A stretch of DNA of 37,184 nt from Candidatus Moraniibacteriota bacterium (GTDB lineage Bacteria; Patescibacteriota; Minisyncoccia; CAIUEV01), in NCBI GenBank assembly GCA_016867255.1, contig VGKB01000002.1, positions 1-37,184 on the forward strand. The letters are read 5' to 3'. How positions within the stretch are numbered: position 1 is the first letter of the stretch; every line of letters starts with the position of its first letter. Position numbers and translations under genes: made by a program. The notes below the pieces were generated by a model. That model was given only the letters and a program-made list of their open reading frames with translations. It did not search any database and had not been told where the DNA came from. Positions 7,902 through 15,761 of the stretch are shown piece after piece.

Positions 7902-8085
7902 AAAAGCTTAAATATATTGTGCTTACTTCTATCATACACATACCAGATTAGAACAAAATAATCTTTTTCCCTAATTTTTTGGGAAAAATTGCATTTTCTT
8001 ATCTATTATCTTTTAAATTTTTTATTCTAGGTTTAAAATATAACTAATTCTTTTGCTGATATTCTAAATACAAAAAAATATTAAA

Positions 8086-9927
8086 ATGCTTTGCCTAGAT
8101 TTTGAAACCCCACATTTTCTAGTTTTTGCGAGTACGACTCCTTCTCTTATTTATTTCTCTCATATACCTGCGATGTTGCTATCGTTATTGATGGGATTTT
8201 TTATATTCATAAAAAATAAGAAAGCATTAATTTCGCAAATTTTGTTTACTTTATCTATAACGTTCTCTTTGTCATGCTTTGTCTTACTTATTACTTGGAC
8301 TAATAATGACACCAGCATTATAATGTTTGTTTGGTCAATTTTTGGAATTTTGTATCTTCTGACATTCTTTTTCTCTTTCTATCTAGTATACCTTTTTATA
8401 AAACAGCGTGATATTAGTTTAAAAACAAAAATTTTTCTATCGTTGTTTCTTGCGCCAACCATTTTTTTCGCATCATCAAAATATAATCTAAATGTTTTTG
8501 ACTTAAAACTGTGTGGCATAACCCAAGAAGGAAGATATTTCACAAATTATTATTATATTGCAGGATTAGCGATTTTTATATGGATGTCTATTGTTTCAAT
8601 AACCAATTATTTAAAAATTAAAACTATTTTTAGAAAACAGATTTTACTCTTGCTCGGAGGCGTCAGTTTTTTCTTACTATCACTCTTTTTTACAGGTTTT
8701 TTAGCAAGTCTCTTAGTGGACTATGGGGTATTTAGTGACTATTCTGTGGAGCAATATGGACTATTCGGAATGCTGGTGTTTTTAGCTTTTCTTTCATATC
8801 TAATCATTAAATATCAAGCCTTCGATATTAAAGTTATTGCAGCTCAGTTCCTTACCGTTACGGTGTGGATTGGGGTGTTTTCCCAGTTTTTCATTGTGCA
8901 GGAGTTGAGTAATCAGATTCTTACTGGCGTGACGCTTGCCCTTGTAACGATTTTTGGGTATATGCTTTTTCGCGCCATCAAAGAAGATGTTTCCCTTACC
9001 GAACAATTGCGGCTCGCTTCCGGCAAGCTGGCAATCTTAAACACCAAACTCAAAGAAATTGACGCCGCCAAATCCGAATTCGTCTCCATTGCCTCGCACC
9101 AACTACGCACCCCCCTCACCTCGGTGAAGGGCTACGCCTCCCTCATTTTGGAAAACACCTTCGGAAAAATCCCTCTCCGCCAGCGCGAAGCGGTGGAAAA
9201 ACTCTATGTCAACAACGAAAAACTGGTGCTTTTGGTGGAAGATATGCTCAACGCTTCCCGCCTGGAAGCCGGCCGGCTGGAATACGAATTTGAAGAGGTG
9301 GACGTCCCGCCTCTCATCAAAGAGATAGTGGATAATATGCAGCTCCACGCCAAAAGCAAAAATCTCTTGCTTAAATACACCGCTCCTTCCAAAACCCGTT
9401 CGGCTTCGCTCAGGGCAAGCTCTTTAATCGCCCTTGCCGACAAGCGCAAGGTGGCCGAAATTATCGCCAATCTCATTGACAACGCCGTGAAATACTCCCC
9501 TGCCCTTCATGAAGGGCAGAACAATACGGCTGAAAAACAAACTATAACCGTCAGCGTCTCCCGCTGCGAGTTGGCAAGGCCGGTCGGTAAAGCGAAAAAC
9601 ACCAAAATTCTAAACGGCGCCGGGGTGCGCGTAAGCGTTGCCGACAACGGAATCGGCATGAGCGAAAAGGAACTGAAAGAAATATTTGAGAAGTTTAAAA
9701 AAGGAGAAACGAAAAATGAGAAACAGGAAACGGGATCGTCCTTTATAGTTAAAAGAGAGAAAGAAGGAGAAATTGATAACAAAATAGACAATATCACCGG
9801 CACCGGCCTCGGCGTCTACATCTCCCGCCAGATGGCCCGCGCCATGGGCGGCGATCTGTGCGCCACTTCGCCGGGCAAAGGCAAAGGGAGTACATTTACC
9901 CTAGAATTACCCCTGGTTAAAAAATAG
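8086..9927 (+). CDS. Membrane sensor histidine kinase (multi-TM N-terminus, HisKA, HATPase_c)
   Basis: H box ASHQLRTPLT, N box NLIDNAVKYS, G1 DNGIG, G2 GTGLG; many hydrophobic helices in the N-terminal half. Confidence 0.92.
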   Translation: MLCLDFETPHFLVFASTTPSLIYFSHIPAMLLSLLMGFFIFIKNKKALISQILFTLSITFSLSCFVLLITWTNNDTSIIMFVWSIFGILYLLTFFFSFYLVYLFIKQRDISLKTKIFLSLFLAPTIFFASSKYNLNVFDLKLCGITQEGRYFTNYYYIAGLAIFIWMSIVSITNYLKIKTIFRKQILLLLGGVSFFLLSLFFTGFLASLLVDYGVFSDYSVEQYGLFGMLVFLAFLSYLIIKYQAFDIKVIAAQFLTVTVWIGVFSQFFIVQELSNQILTGVTLALVTIFGYMLFRAIKEDVSLTEQLRLASGKLAILNTKLKEIDAAKSEFVSIASHQLRTPLTSVKGYASLILENTFGKIPLRQREAVEKLYVNNEKLVLLVEDMLNASRLEAGRLEYEFEEVDVPPLIKEIVDNMQLHAKSKNLLLKYTAPSKTRSASLRASSLIALADKRKVAEIIANLIDNAVKYSPALHEGQNNTAEKQTITVSVSRCELARPVGKAKNTKILNGAGVRVSVADNGIGMSEKELKEIFEKFKKGETKNEKQETGSSFIVKREKEGEIDNKIDNITGTGLGVYISRQMARAMGGDLCATSPGKGKGSTFTLELPLVKK

Positions 9928-9933
9928 ATCAGC
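9799..9933 (+). repeat. 135-bp direct repeat D, copy 1 (3' end of the kinase gene)
   Basis: Colinear with 13611-13745; differences are mostly synonymous. Confidence 0.95.
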
Positions 9934-10055
9934 ATCTTCGTCCTCCCTGCCATTCCAAAGCCTATTAGCGTAGGATGGGAATTGCCGCTGGTGAAGCAAT
10001 AGAAAAAACAGCGCCTTGGTTACAATTACACTTATAAGCATACCCATTAAACACA

Positions 10056-10086
10056 ATGCGGTGCTCTTTATAAAGAAACACCGCAT
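10056..10086 (-). terminator. Hairpin downstream of the radical SAM gene
   Basis: ATGCGGTG...CACCGCAT stem. Confidence 0.5.
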
Positions 10087-10099
10087 CCTTCATCTCTTG

Positions 10100-11389
10100 T
10101 TACAATAGGCTCCTGAGAATTCGTCCCTTTTTTGAATGGTGACCCCAAGTTGAATTAGGCACTTCCCAAAGAAACCTCTCGGCCTCCCTTTTGACCGATT
10201 CTGCGCTTAATTCACCAGTCCCCATAGTAACCGTGGAAGGATCACAATCATCAGGATCCAACAATGTGATGAGTCCTTTTTCAACAGCCATATTGTAGAG
10301 TGGCGTTCCAAAAAATGGCGTTGAAACAAACAAAGCGATATCGTCAGCTTCTAGTTCCCTTGCAAGTTTTATACTCATATCAACATCTTCACTCGTTTCA
10401 CCTGGCGTGCCCAGCTGAAAAGATACTTTTACTCTTAACCCCAGCTTTTTGGCTGCAGAAATTATTCTTTTGACTTTATCCGGATCCAGTTTCTTGCCTA
10501 GTATTTGTTGGATTTTGGGAGACCCAGACTCGACTCCGAAGAAAATTCTATCGAGTCGGTTCTTTGAGAACTCCTTTAACAACTCTTCCTCGACAACATC
10601 AATTCTTGCTTGACATTCCCAATCAATCCCTTTGGCACTTAACATCGAAGCTATCTCTAAAGAAACTCTTGGCCTCATAGGAAAAATATCATCCAGTATT
10701 CTCAAGTAATTTGCAGGGTATCTGCCCAATAGAGTATTCAATATTTGGAGTATCCTACTGACGCTTCTGAACCTAACTCTTCTTTCCCAAAAAGCCGATT
10801 GGGAGCAATAAATACAACCAAAAGAGCAGCCTCTCCCTGTTGATAATGTTGCAACGAGCTTTCCTTCTTCTTTTTGCGGATACCGCTCCAAGAAGAGAAG
10901 ATCGAAGGCTGGATCAGGCAAGAAGTCCAGATTCGGTACAGTTACTCTTTTATTAACAACGACCCCTTCTTCTCCTTTGTAGGCAATCCCCGGCACCATT
11001 CGTAAGGTTCCCTTTTGTCTTAGCAATAAGTTTGCTAATTTGAGAAAGGGCAACTCTCCTTCGCCCAATACACAAAAATCAACGTTGTCGTTGGCTAAAC
11101 ACTCTGAATAGCAGAAAGTGGGGTAGTATCCTCCAAAAACTACGCTCGCGTTCATATTCTCTTTAACATGACTTGCGAGCGCTAATCCCCTAGCCACAAG
11201 GCCGCAAGGAACTGAAATGCCAACAATTTTGGCTCCGGAATCCGTGATATCTTCTTCTGTTGTTTCAGGCCTAGAAAAATCAACAATTCCTACGGAAAAA
11301 CCATGGTTTTTGATAAAGGCTGCTAGTTCGGCAAGCCCCATCGCTGGATACGGAGACTTCTCCCCTGGGTTTACAAGCAGAATTTCCAT
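10100..11389 (-). CDS. Cobalamin-binding radical SAM protein (class B, BchE/HpnP-like)
   Basis: N-terminal B12-binding domain (PAMGLAELAA, VVFGGYYPT, GEGE); GRGCSFGCIYC; GVESGS; GTPGET. Confidence 0.9.
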   Translation of the reverse strand: MEILLVNPGEKSPYPAMGLAELAAFIKNHGFSVGIVDFSRPETTEEDITDSGAKIVGISVPCGLVARGLALASHVKENMNASVVFGGYYPTFCYSECLANDNVDFCVLGEGELPFLKLANLLLRQKGTLRMVPGIAYKGEEGVVVNKRVTVPNLDFLPDPAFDLLFLERYPQKEEGKLVATLSTGRGCSFGCIYCSQSAFWERRVRFRSVSRILQILNTLLGRYPANYLRILDDIFPMRPRVSLEIASMLSAKGIDWECQARIDVVEEELLKEFSKNRLDRIFFGVESGSPKIQQILGKKLDPDKVKRIISAAKKLGLRVKVSFQLGTPGETSEDVDMSIKLARELEADDIALFVSTPFFGTPLYNMAVEKGLITLLDPDDCDPSTVTMGTGELSAESVKREAERFLWEVPNSTWGHHSKKGRILRSLL

Positions 11390-11520
11390 AATCCTTTGCC
11401 CTCCTTTTTTGAACTTGATAATTTTGCTTCGTCTCCTTACAGAAGTTTTACTCAGGCTTTAAAGGACTAATAATAAATAAATCACAAAGTAAAAATATGT
11501 AAAGAGGTTACTTATAAAAA

Positions 11521-12501
11521 CTAACTCACGTAACTTTTCACCCACTCTGTTAGTAAACTTTTATACCTGGTTGGGGATTCCCCAATTAAGAATCTTGCTT
11601 TTGAAATCTCGTCTTTTATCTTTTTTTCGCATTTGGTAATGACTTTATACCTATTTAAGACATGCATGACTTTTTCTGCCCGTCTTTTGCCAATGGCTTT
11701 TCCCCAATAATTATCTACAAATTCTTTTTTGTCTTTCTCTGAAGCATCGTTAAAAAAGACGGCTATCGGGTAACTAATAGTTTCTCCCTCCAAGTCTTTC
11801 ATCTTAGGTTCATAATCATTGTCATCATAATAGATTCCGAAATCATCCAAGTCATTTTTTATCTGCCCTACGATGCCCATTATCTTGATAAACCCGACTA
11901 TTTCCCGTTTCTCTTTTTCACTCAATGAGTCATCAATTATTGTTGTTGCCTCAAGAGGCCATCTCCCAAGGGCTGTTTTCCTTAGGTAATTGTTCAACAA
12001 GGAATGGGTTGATGCTTTATCAAACGAAAAGTTATTTTGCTCTATCTGTGCTTTTAACGTCATTTTTATCGCTTTATGTAGGGTTAGCTTGATTTCCTTA
12101 TGTTCGCTAAAGTTTTTTACTGCCAATTCTTCGGAAATAATAAACCCTAGAGCAGCGGCATGAACTGCTTCCAGCAAGCCAAACTTCAACCAGACAGCCT
12201 TCTTGCCTCTACGTATCCTAGTTTTATCGCCAATGTCGTCTAATATTAAAATAGCTGACCAAGATATTTCTGAAATTGCCCCCACTAAAGCTCCTCTGCT
12301 ATAGTCATTGAGAAGTAAAGACGGCAATCCTGATCTAAACCGATTTCTGCCAGATTTAATTGTGTATGATAGCGCTCTTGCTTCTTTTACTTCTCCGATA
12401 TATTCTTTTATCAGAGGCTTCGTGAATTCTTCAAAAGCTCGATTAAACTCTCGAAATAAATTCTTCTCAGGTTTTTTATGTTTATCCATTTTAATTCTCA
12501 T
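11521..12501 (-). CDS. Polyprenyl synthetase (trans-isoprenyl diphosphate synthase)
   Basis: First Asp-rich motif LILDDIGDKTRIRRG; KT motif; variant second motif QIKNDLDD. Confidence 0.85.
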   Translation of the reverse strand: MRIKMDKHKKPEKNLFREFNRAFEEFTKPLIKEYIGEVKEARALSYTIKSGRNRFRSGLPSLLLNDYSRGALVGAISEISWSAILILDDIGDKTRIRRGKKAVWLKFGLLEAVHAAALGFIISEELAVKNFSEHKEIKLTLHKAIKMTLKAQIEQNNFSFDKASTHSLLNNYLRKTALGRWPLEATTIIDDSLSEKEKREIVGFIKIMGIVGQIKNDLDDFGIYYDDNDYEPKMKDLEGETISYPIAVFFNDASEKDKKEFVDNYWGKAIGKRRAEKVMHVLNRYKVITKCEKKIKDEISKARFLIGESPTRYKSLLTEWVKSYVS

Positions 12502-12529
12502 TAAAAAATTATTTATTTTATAAAAAAAT

Positions 12530-13513
12530 ATGAACGCGACTTGGGAGCAAGAAAAAATAGTAATCGTTGATAAAAACGATAATGAGTTGGGAACTATGGA
12601 TAAAAATATCTGCCATAAGGTTAAGGGAATTCTTCACAGAGCCATAACAATATTTATTATAAACGATAAAAACCAGATACTGATAACCAAACGAAGCACA
12701 TACAAAAAACTTTGGCCAAAACACTGGGAGTCGTCTTGTTCTACTCACGTTCTTGAAAACGAAAGTTACGTGGAGGCCGGCGAAAGACGAATAAAGCAAG
12801 AGTTAGGGATAAGTTGTAAGCTAAACTACTTATTAAAATTCAATTATAAAGCCGCATACAAAAATATTGGCTCAGAAAATGAAATTTGCGCTTTACTGAT
12901 TGGCAAGTTTAATGGGAGTATTAACTCCAATCCCCGAGAAATTTCCGATCATCGCTGGGTTTCTTTTGACGATCTGGGATATGCTATTGAATTCGATGGT
13001 GGAAGATATGTCCCCTGGTTAGCTGTCGCTTTCAAAGAATTTATTAAGATTAAAGAGATTGTCGGCAACAAGCTTCAAGTTTGTGTCGCAGCAATTGTAG
13101 TAAAGGGTGGTAAAATACTAATCTTCAAAGAAAAAAATAATAAAGCTTACGAAAAAGCAAAAGGTTTGTGGACGGTACCCATAGGAAAGACCAGGGAGAG
13201 TGAACTACTACTAAAATCAGTCTTGAGGGAAACTAGGGAGGAAGTTGGTTACAGCATTGAAATCCTAGGATTGATTGGAGTCTATGAGTTTTTTTCGTCA
13301 AAAACGAATAACCGCATCCTGGGTCTCGCTTTCAAGGCAATCCCAATAGATAATAAAAGAAGTCGACTGCGAGAATTTAAAAAATTATATTGGGTTGATC
13401 CAAAAAAATTGCTCCAGGATAAGAAATTAAAATTTAGAAAAGGTGTAAAAGCAATTATCAAAGACTTTATCGGCGGTAAACTATTAGAAGTTAAACAAAT
13501 AAAATCTCTATAG
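12530..13513 (+). CDS. idi: Type 1 IPP delta-isomerase fused to a C-terminal Nudix hydrolase
   Basis: LHRAITIF, KKLWPKHWESSCSTH, RRIKQELG, ENEIC, YVPW; second domain with Nudix box GKTRESELLLKSVLRETREEVG. Confidence 0.85.
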   Translation: MNATWEQEKIVIVDKNDNELGTMDKNICHKVKGILHRAITIFIINDKNQILITKRSTYKKLWPKHWESSCSTHVLENESYVEAGERRIKQELGISCKLNYLLKFNYKAAYKNIGSENEICALLIGKFNGSINSNPREISDHRWVSFDDLGYAIEFDGGRYVPWLAVAFKEFIKIKEIVGNKLQVCVAAIVVKGGKILIFKEKNNKAYEKAKGLWTVPIGKTRESELLLKSVLRETREEVGYSIEILGLIGVYEFFSSKTNNRILGLAFKAIPIDNKRSRLREFKKLYWVDPKKLLQDKKLKFRKGVKAIIKDFIGGKLLEVKQIKSL

Positions 13514-13575
13514 GCATGCACTAAAGTTCCAAAGTTTTCTCCCTTTTGGATAGAGGGGGGAGATAAAAGAGGGGG

Positions 13576-13604
13576 TTGACACCGAAAGTAGTCATGGATA
13601 AAAT
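13576..13604 (+). promoter_or_regulatory. Near-consensus sigma70 promoter upstream of the orphan kinase fragment
   Basis: TTGACA, 17 bp, TAAAAT. Confidence 0.55.
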
Positions 13605-13610
13605 ACCAGT

Positions 13611-13745
13611 GGCACCGGCCTCGGCGTCTACATCTCCCGCCAGATGGCCCGCGCCATGGGCGGCGACCTCTACGCCACCTCCCCCGGGAAGAATAAAGGG
13701 AGTACCTTTACCCTAGAATTACCCCTGGTTAAAAAATAGATCAGC
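13611..13745 (+). pseudogene. Orphan 3' fragment of the histidine kinase (repeat D, copy 2)
   Basis: GTGLGVYISRQMARAMGGDLYATSPGKNKGSTFTLELPLVKK*; in-frame stop just upstream. Confidence 0.85.
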
Positions 13746-13841
13746 TGTTTATTTTGCTCTACTCCATCCAAAGCTCCTTTTCCTGTAAAATGAGGGGGCT
13801 ATATTCTGTTAAAAAAATTGCATGAACATACCCAAAAAACC

Positions 13842-13985
13842 TTGACAAAAATGAATAAAAATTGATAATTAAGGGTTGTTAAAAGGGCAAGTTCTTTAAA
13901 AAATGTTCGTAGGAACCCAAGGTGTTAAGCTATAACACTTTGGGTTCCTACGAACAAGACCAGACAAGACGAGGAGGGAAAAACC
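13842..13985 (+). promoter_or_regulatory. Promoter + boxB-like + boxA + long hairpin + SD (module M3)
   Basis: TTGACA, 16 bp, GATAAT (13864); TTGTT-aaaag-GGCAA; GTTCTTTAAAAA (13891-13902); 24-bp stem at 13904-13956; GAGGAGG. Confidence 0.75.
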
Positions 13986-14285
13986 ATGAAAAAAATCGCG
14001 GTGTTGGGTTTCGTGTTCTTTCTTTTGTGCGTTGCTCTCACATTAGGAACGTGGTGGCTGACCAAGCCGTTGTTGCCATCCACTACGAACCTGATCACCT
14101 CTGCGCCGGCAGAGGAGGTTTTTGACAGGGTTCGCTCAGGGACATCAGACCGGGAGGTATTTGATTACCTCCGGGGTGGTGGTGGACCCAGACCAGATCC
14201 ATCCACCACAACGACAACGCCCACCGAACCCAGCAGACCCAAGCCGGGACCTAACCGTAACCGGCCGATGCCGATAAAGATCTGA
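13986..14285 (+). CDS. Small membrane-anchored/secreted protein with Pro/Thr-rich tail
   Basis: MKK plus hydrophobic helix; PSTTTTTPTEPSRPKP tail; SD and terminator present. Confidence 0.75.
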   Translation: MKKIAVLGFVFFLLCVALTLGTWWLTKPLLPSTTNLITSAPAEEVFDRVRSGTSDREVFDYLRGGGGPRPDPSTTTTTPTEPSRPKPGPNRNRPMPIKI

Positions 14286-14290
14286 CCCTT

Positions 14291-14347
14291 AGGGACAAGG
14301 TGCCAGCCGTTACTTTTTACGGCTCCCCGCCTTGTCCCTTTTTCTTT
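14291..14347 (+). terminator. Intrinsic terminator
   Basis: AGGGACAAGG...CCTTGTCCCT with inner AGCCGT/ACGGCT stem, followed by a T-rich tract. Confidence 0.75.
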
Positions 14348-14371
14348 TGGACAACAAAAACTGCGTTTGTC

Positions 14372-14533
14372 TTGACAAAACCGTAGTTATTTTGATAATA
14401 AAAGGTTGCCTGATTGGAACTTGCGGCTCAAGTTCCGGGGCGACAGGTTCTTTATAAAACATATTCCTTAGCCAAAAAAGATATCCGCCCCTGGCGGAAA
14501 ACCCAACAACCCGATACCCATAAGGAGGAGTTT
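14372..14533 (+). promoter_or_regulatory. Promoter + extended hairpin + boxA + SD (module M4)
   Basis: TTGACA, 16 bp, GATAAT (14394); GTTGCC...GGAACTTG-cggct-CAAGTTCC...GGCGAC; GTTCTTTATAAA (14447-14458); AAGGAGG. Confidence 0.7.
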
Positions 14534-15328
14534 ATGAACAGATTCTGGAAAATCTACATCGTGGCGCTGATCGTCCTGATCGGCGTCTTCTGGGGAATTA
14601 TCTCCACCTGCATAGACAGGGGCTTACACCTGATAGGATCTAAGTTGAGTAGCACGGGCGAACAACAAAGAACTCCGCCAAAATCCCCGATAGAAGTTTG
14701 GGGCGGCTGGATCGGTTTGGAGACCTTAGTTGATAAGGAAGGCAATCCAGTTTGGTCGCCGGCTTACTATGTCAACCCGAAATTGTTTCAGGTTCCCGTA
14801 GATCAAGTTGGGCACTTGATTGTTCCCCTGCCTCCCATATCGGTAAACTGCGAAATAAATGTGGGGAGGAATTTCTGGCTGCACAGAGAGACAGTTATTG
14901 ACAAACTTGAGAAAGAAGGGGGCATCCCTGTTGAGAAAAAAGAGGTGACAACGGGATTTAAGTCGCCTCAGCTCAAGTTCGAACAACCCCCTGAATTCTT
15001 GTTTCCAAGAGTAATAAGGGCATACTTTGACCACCTCAAATGGCTAAACGAGCAATTCGATGAGGCCATTAAGAAATACTCAGATAAACAAGTGGCGAGG
15101 GACGCCCAAAAACACGGGAAGGAAGAAGAGCTTAAGGAAAACATCCGTAAACTCCGCCAAGACAGCGAAGAGTTGCAGAAGTACCGGAAATGGCTGGGAA
15201 AATGCGAGGACTATGTCCTTGTTTTGGCGAAGAGAAAAATATCTGACTCCCGCCTCATGAATGTCGTGTGGGAGTTCTACGTTATACGCAAGGACAGGCT
15301 TGATGAGGAATTGAATAGGGATAAGTAG
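14534..15328 (+). CDS. Hypothetical single-pass membrane protein with C-terminal coiled coil
   Basis: Start moved to ATG 14534 because of the AAGGAGG SD (ORF track gives 14414); TM segment IYIVALIVLIGVFWGII. Confidence 0.75.
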   Translation: MNRFWKIYIVALIVLIGVFWGIISTCIDRGLHLIGSKLSSTGEQQRTPPKSPIEVWGGWIGLETLVDKEGNPVWSPAYYVNPKLFQVPVDQVGHLIVPLPPISVNCEINVGRNFWLHRETVIDKLEKEGGIPVEKKEVTTGFKSPQLKFEQPPEFLFPRVIRAYFDHLKWLNEQFDEAIKKYSDKQVARDAQKHGKEEELKENIRKLRQDSEELQKYRKWLGKCEDYVLVLAKRKISDSRLMNVVWEFYVIRKDRLDEELNRDK

Positions 15329-15348
15329 GGCGCGTTGTCGGCAACTTC

Positions 15349-15373
15349 AGGCGGGATTTATCCCGCCTTCTTT
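15349..15373. terminator. Terminator between convergent genes
   Basis: AGGCGGGAT-tt-ATCCCGCCT followed by TCTTT. Confidence 0.7.
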
Positions 15374-15761
15374 ATTTGTTTATTTTTAAACCCTTAATTA
15401 CCTTCTTAAGTTTTTCGTCAAAAGTTACTATTTGGTACTGATCGCTCAAGCACACAAGCGAAACATCCACAAATGAAAGATTCTTGCCTGAGCTTCTTTC
15501 AAAACGTCGGACCGTTTCCCAAAATAAATCTTCCGCCGAAAATAAAATCCTCACGTCTTCATTGTCAACAATTTCGGCTAGAAACATATTGGCTATTTTC
15601 TTGGAGCTCTTAGCCGAAAGCACGGTACAGGTTTCCATAATTACGTACTCTGTCACAGCAATTGGAAAAGCAATGCCCCCAAGAAGCTTTCTGGCCCTTT
15701 GATGCAGACTGTCTTTTTCGTGAAAAAACGCAATCCACACGCTCGAGTCTATTACTTTCAT
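15372..15761 (-). CDS. vapC: PIN-domain toxin (VapC family)
   Basis: VIDSSVWIAF, ET, LSFVD and TFD acidic PIN residues. Confidence 0.9.
   Translation of the reverse strand: MKVIDSSVWIAFFHEKDSLHQRARKLLGGIAFPIAVTEYVIMETCTVLSAKSSKKIANMFLAEIVDNEDVRILFSAEDLFWETVRRFERSSGKNLSFVDVSLVCLSDQYQIVTFDEKLKKVIKGLKINK

Larger units (their letters stand above)
9934..13610. mobile_element. About 3.7-kb genomic islet flanked by the duplicated kinase 3' end; no integrase
   Basis: Flanking 135-bp direct repeats; three cargo genes with composition unlike the core genes. Confidence 0.65.

Noticed and set aside
9799..13745. 135-bp repeat pair as a diversity-generating retroelement TR/VR
   Set aside because: Mismatches are mostly synonymous third-position changes rather than adenine-specific, and no reverse transcriptase is in the window.
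14414..14533. N-terminal ORF extensions (14414, 17185, 22089)
   Set aside because: They run through a leader, a MITE or an upstream gene; better starts are at 14534, 17125 and 22230.
1021..15373. Integron cassette array
   Set aside because: No intI and no recognisable RYYYAAC...GTTRRRY attC sites; cassettes lie in both orientations and carry their own promoters.
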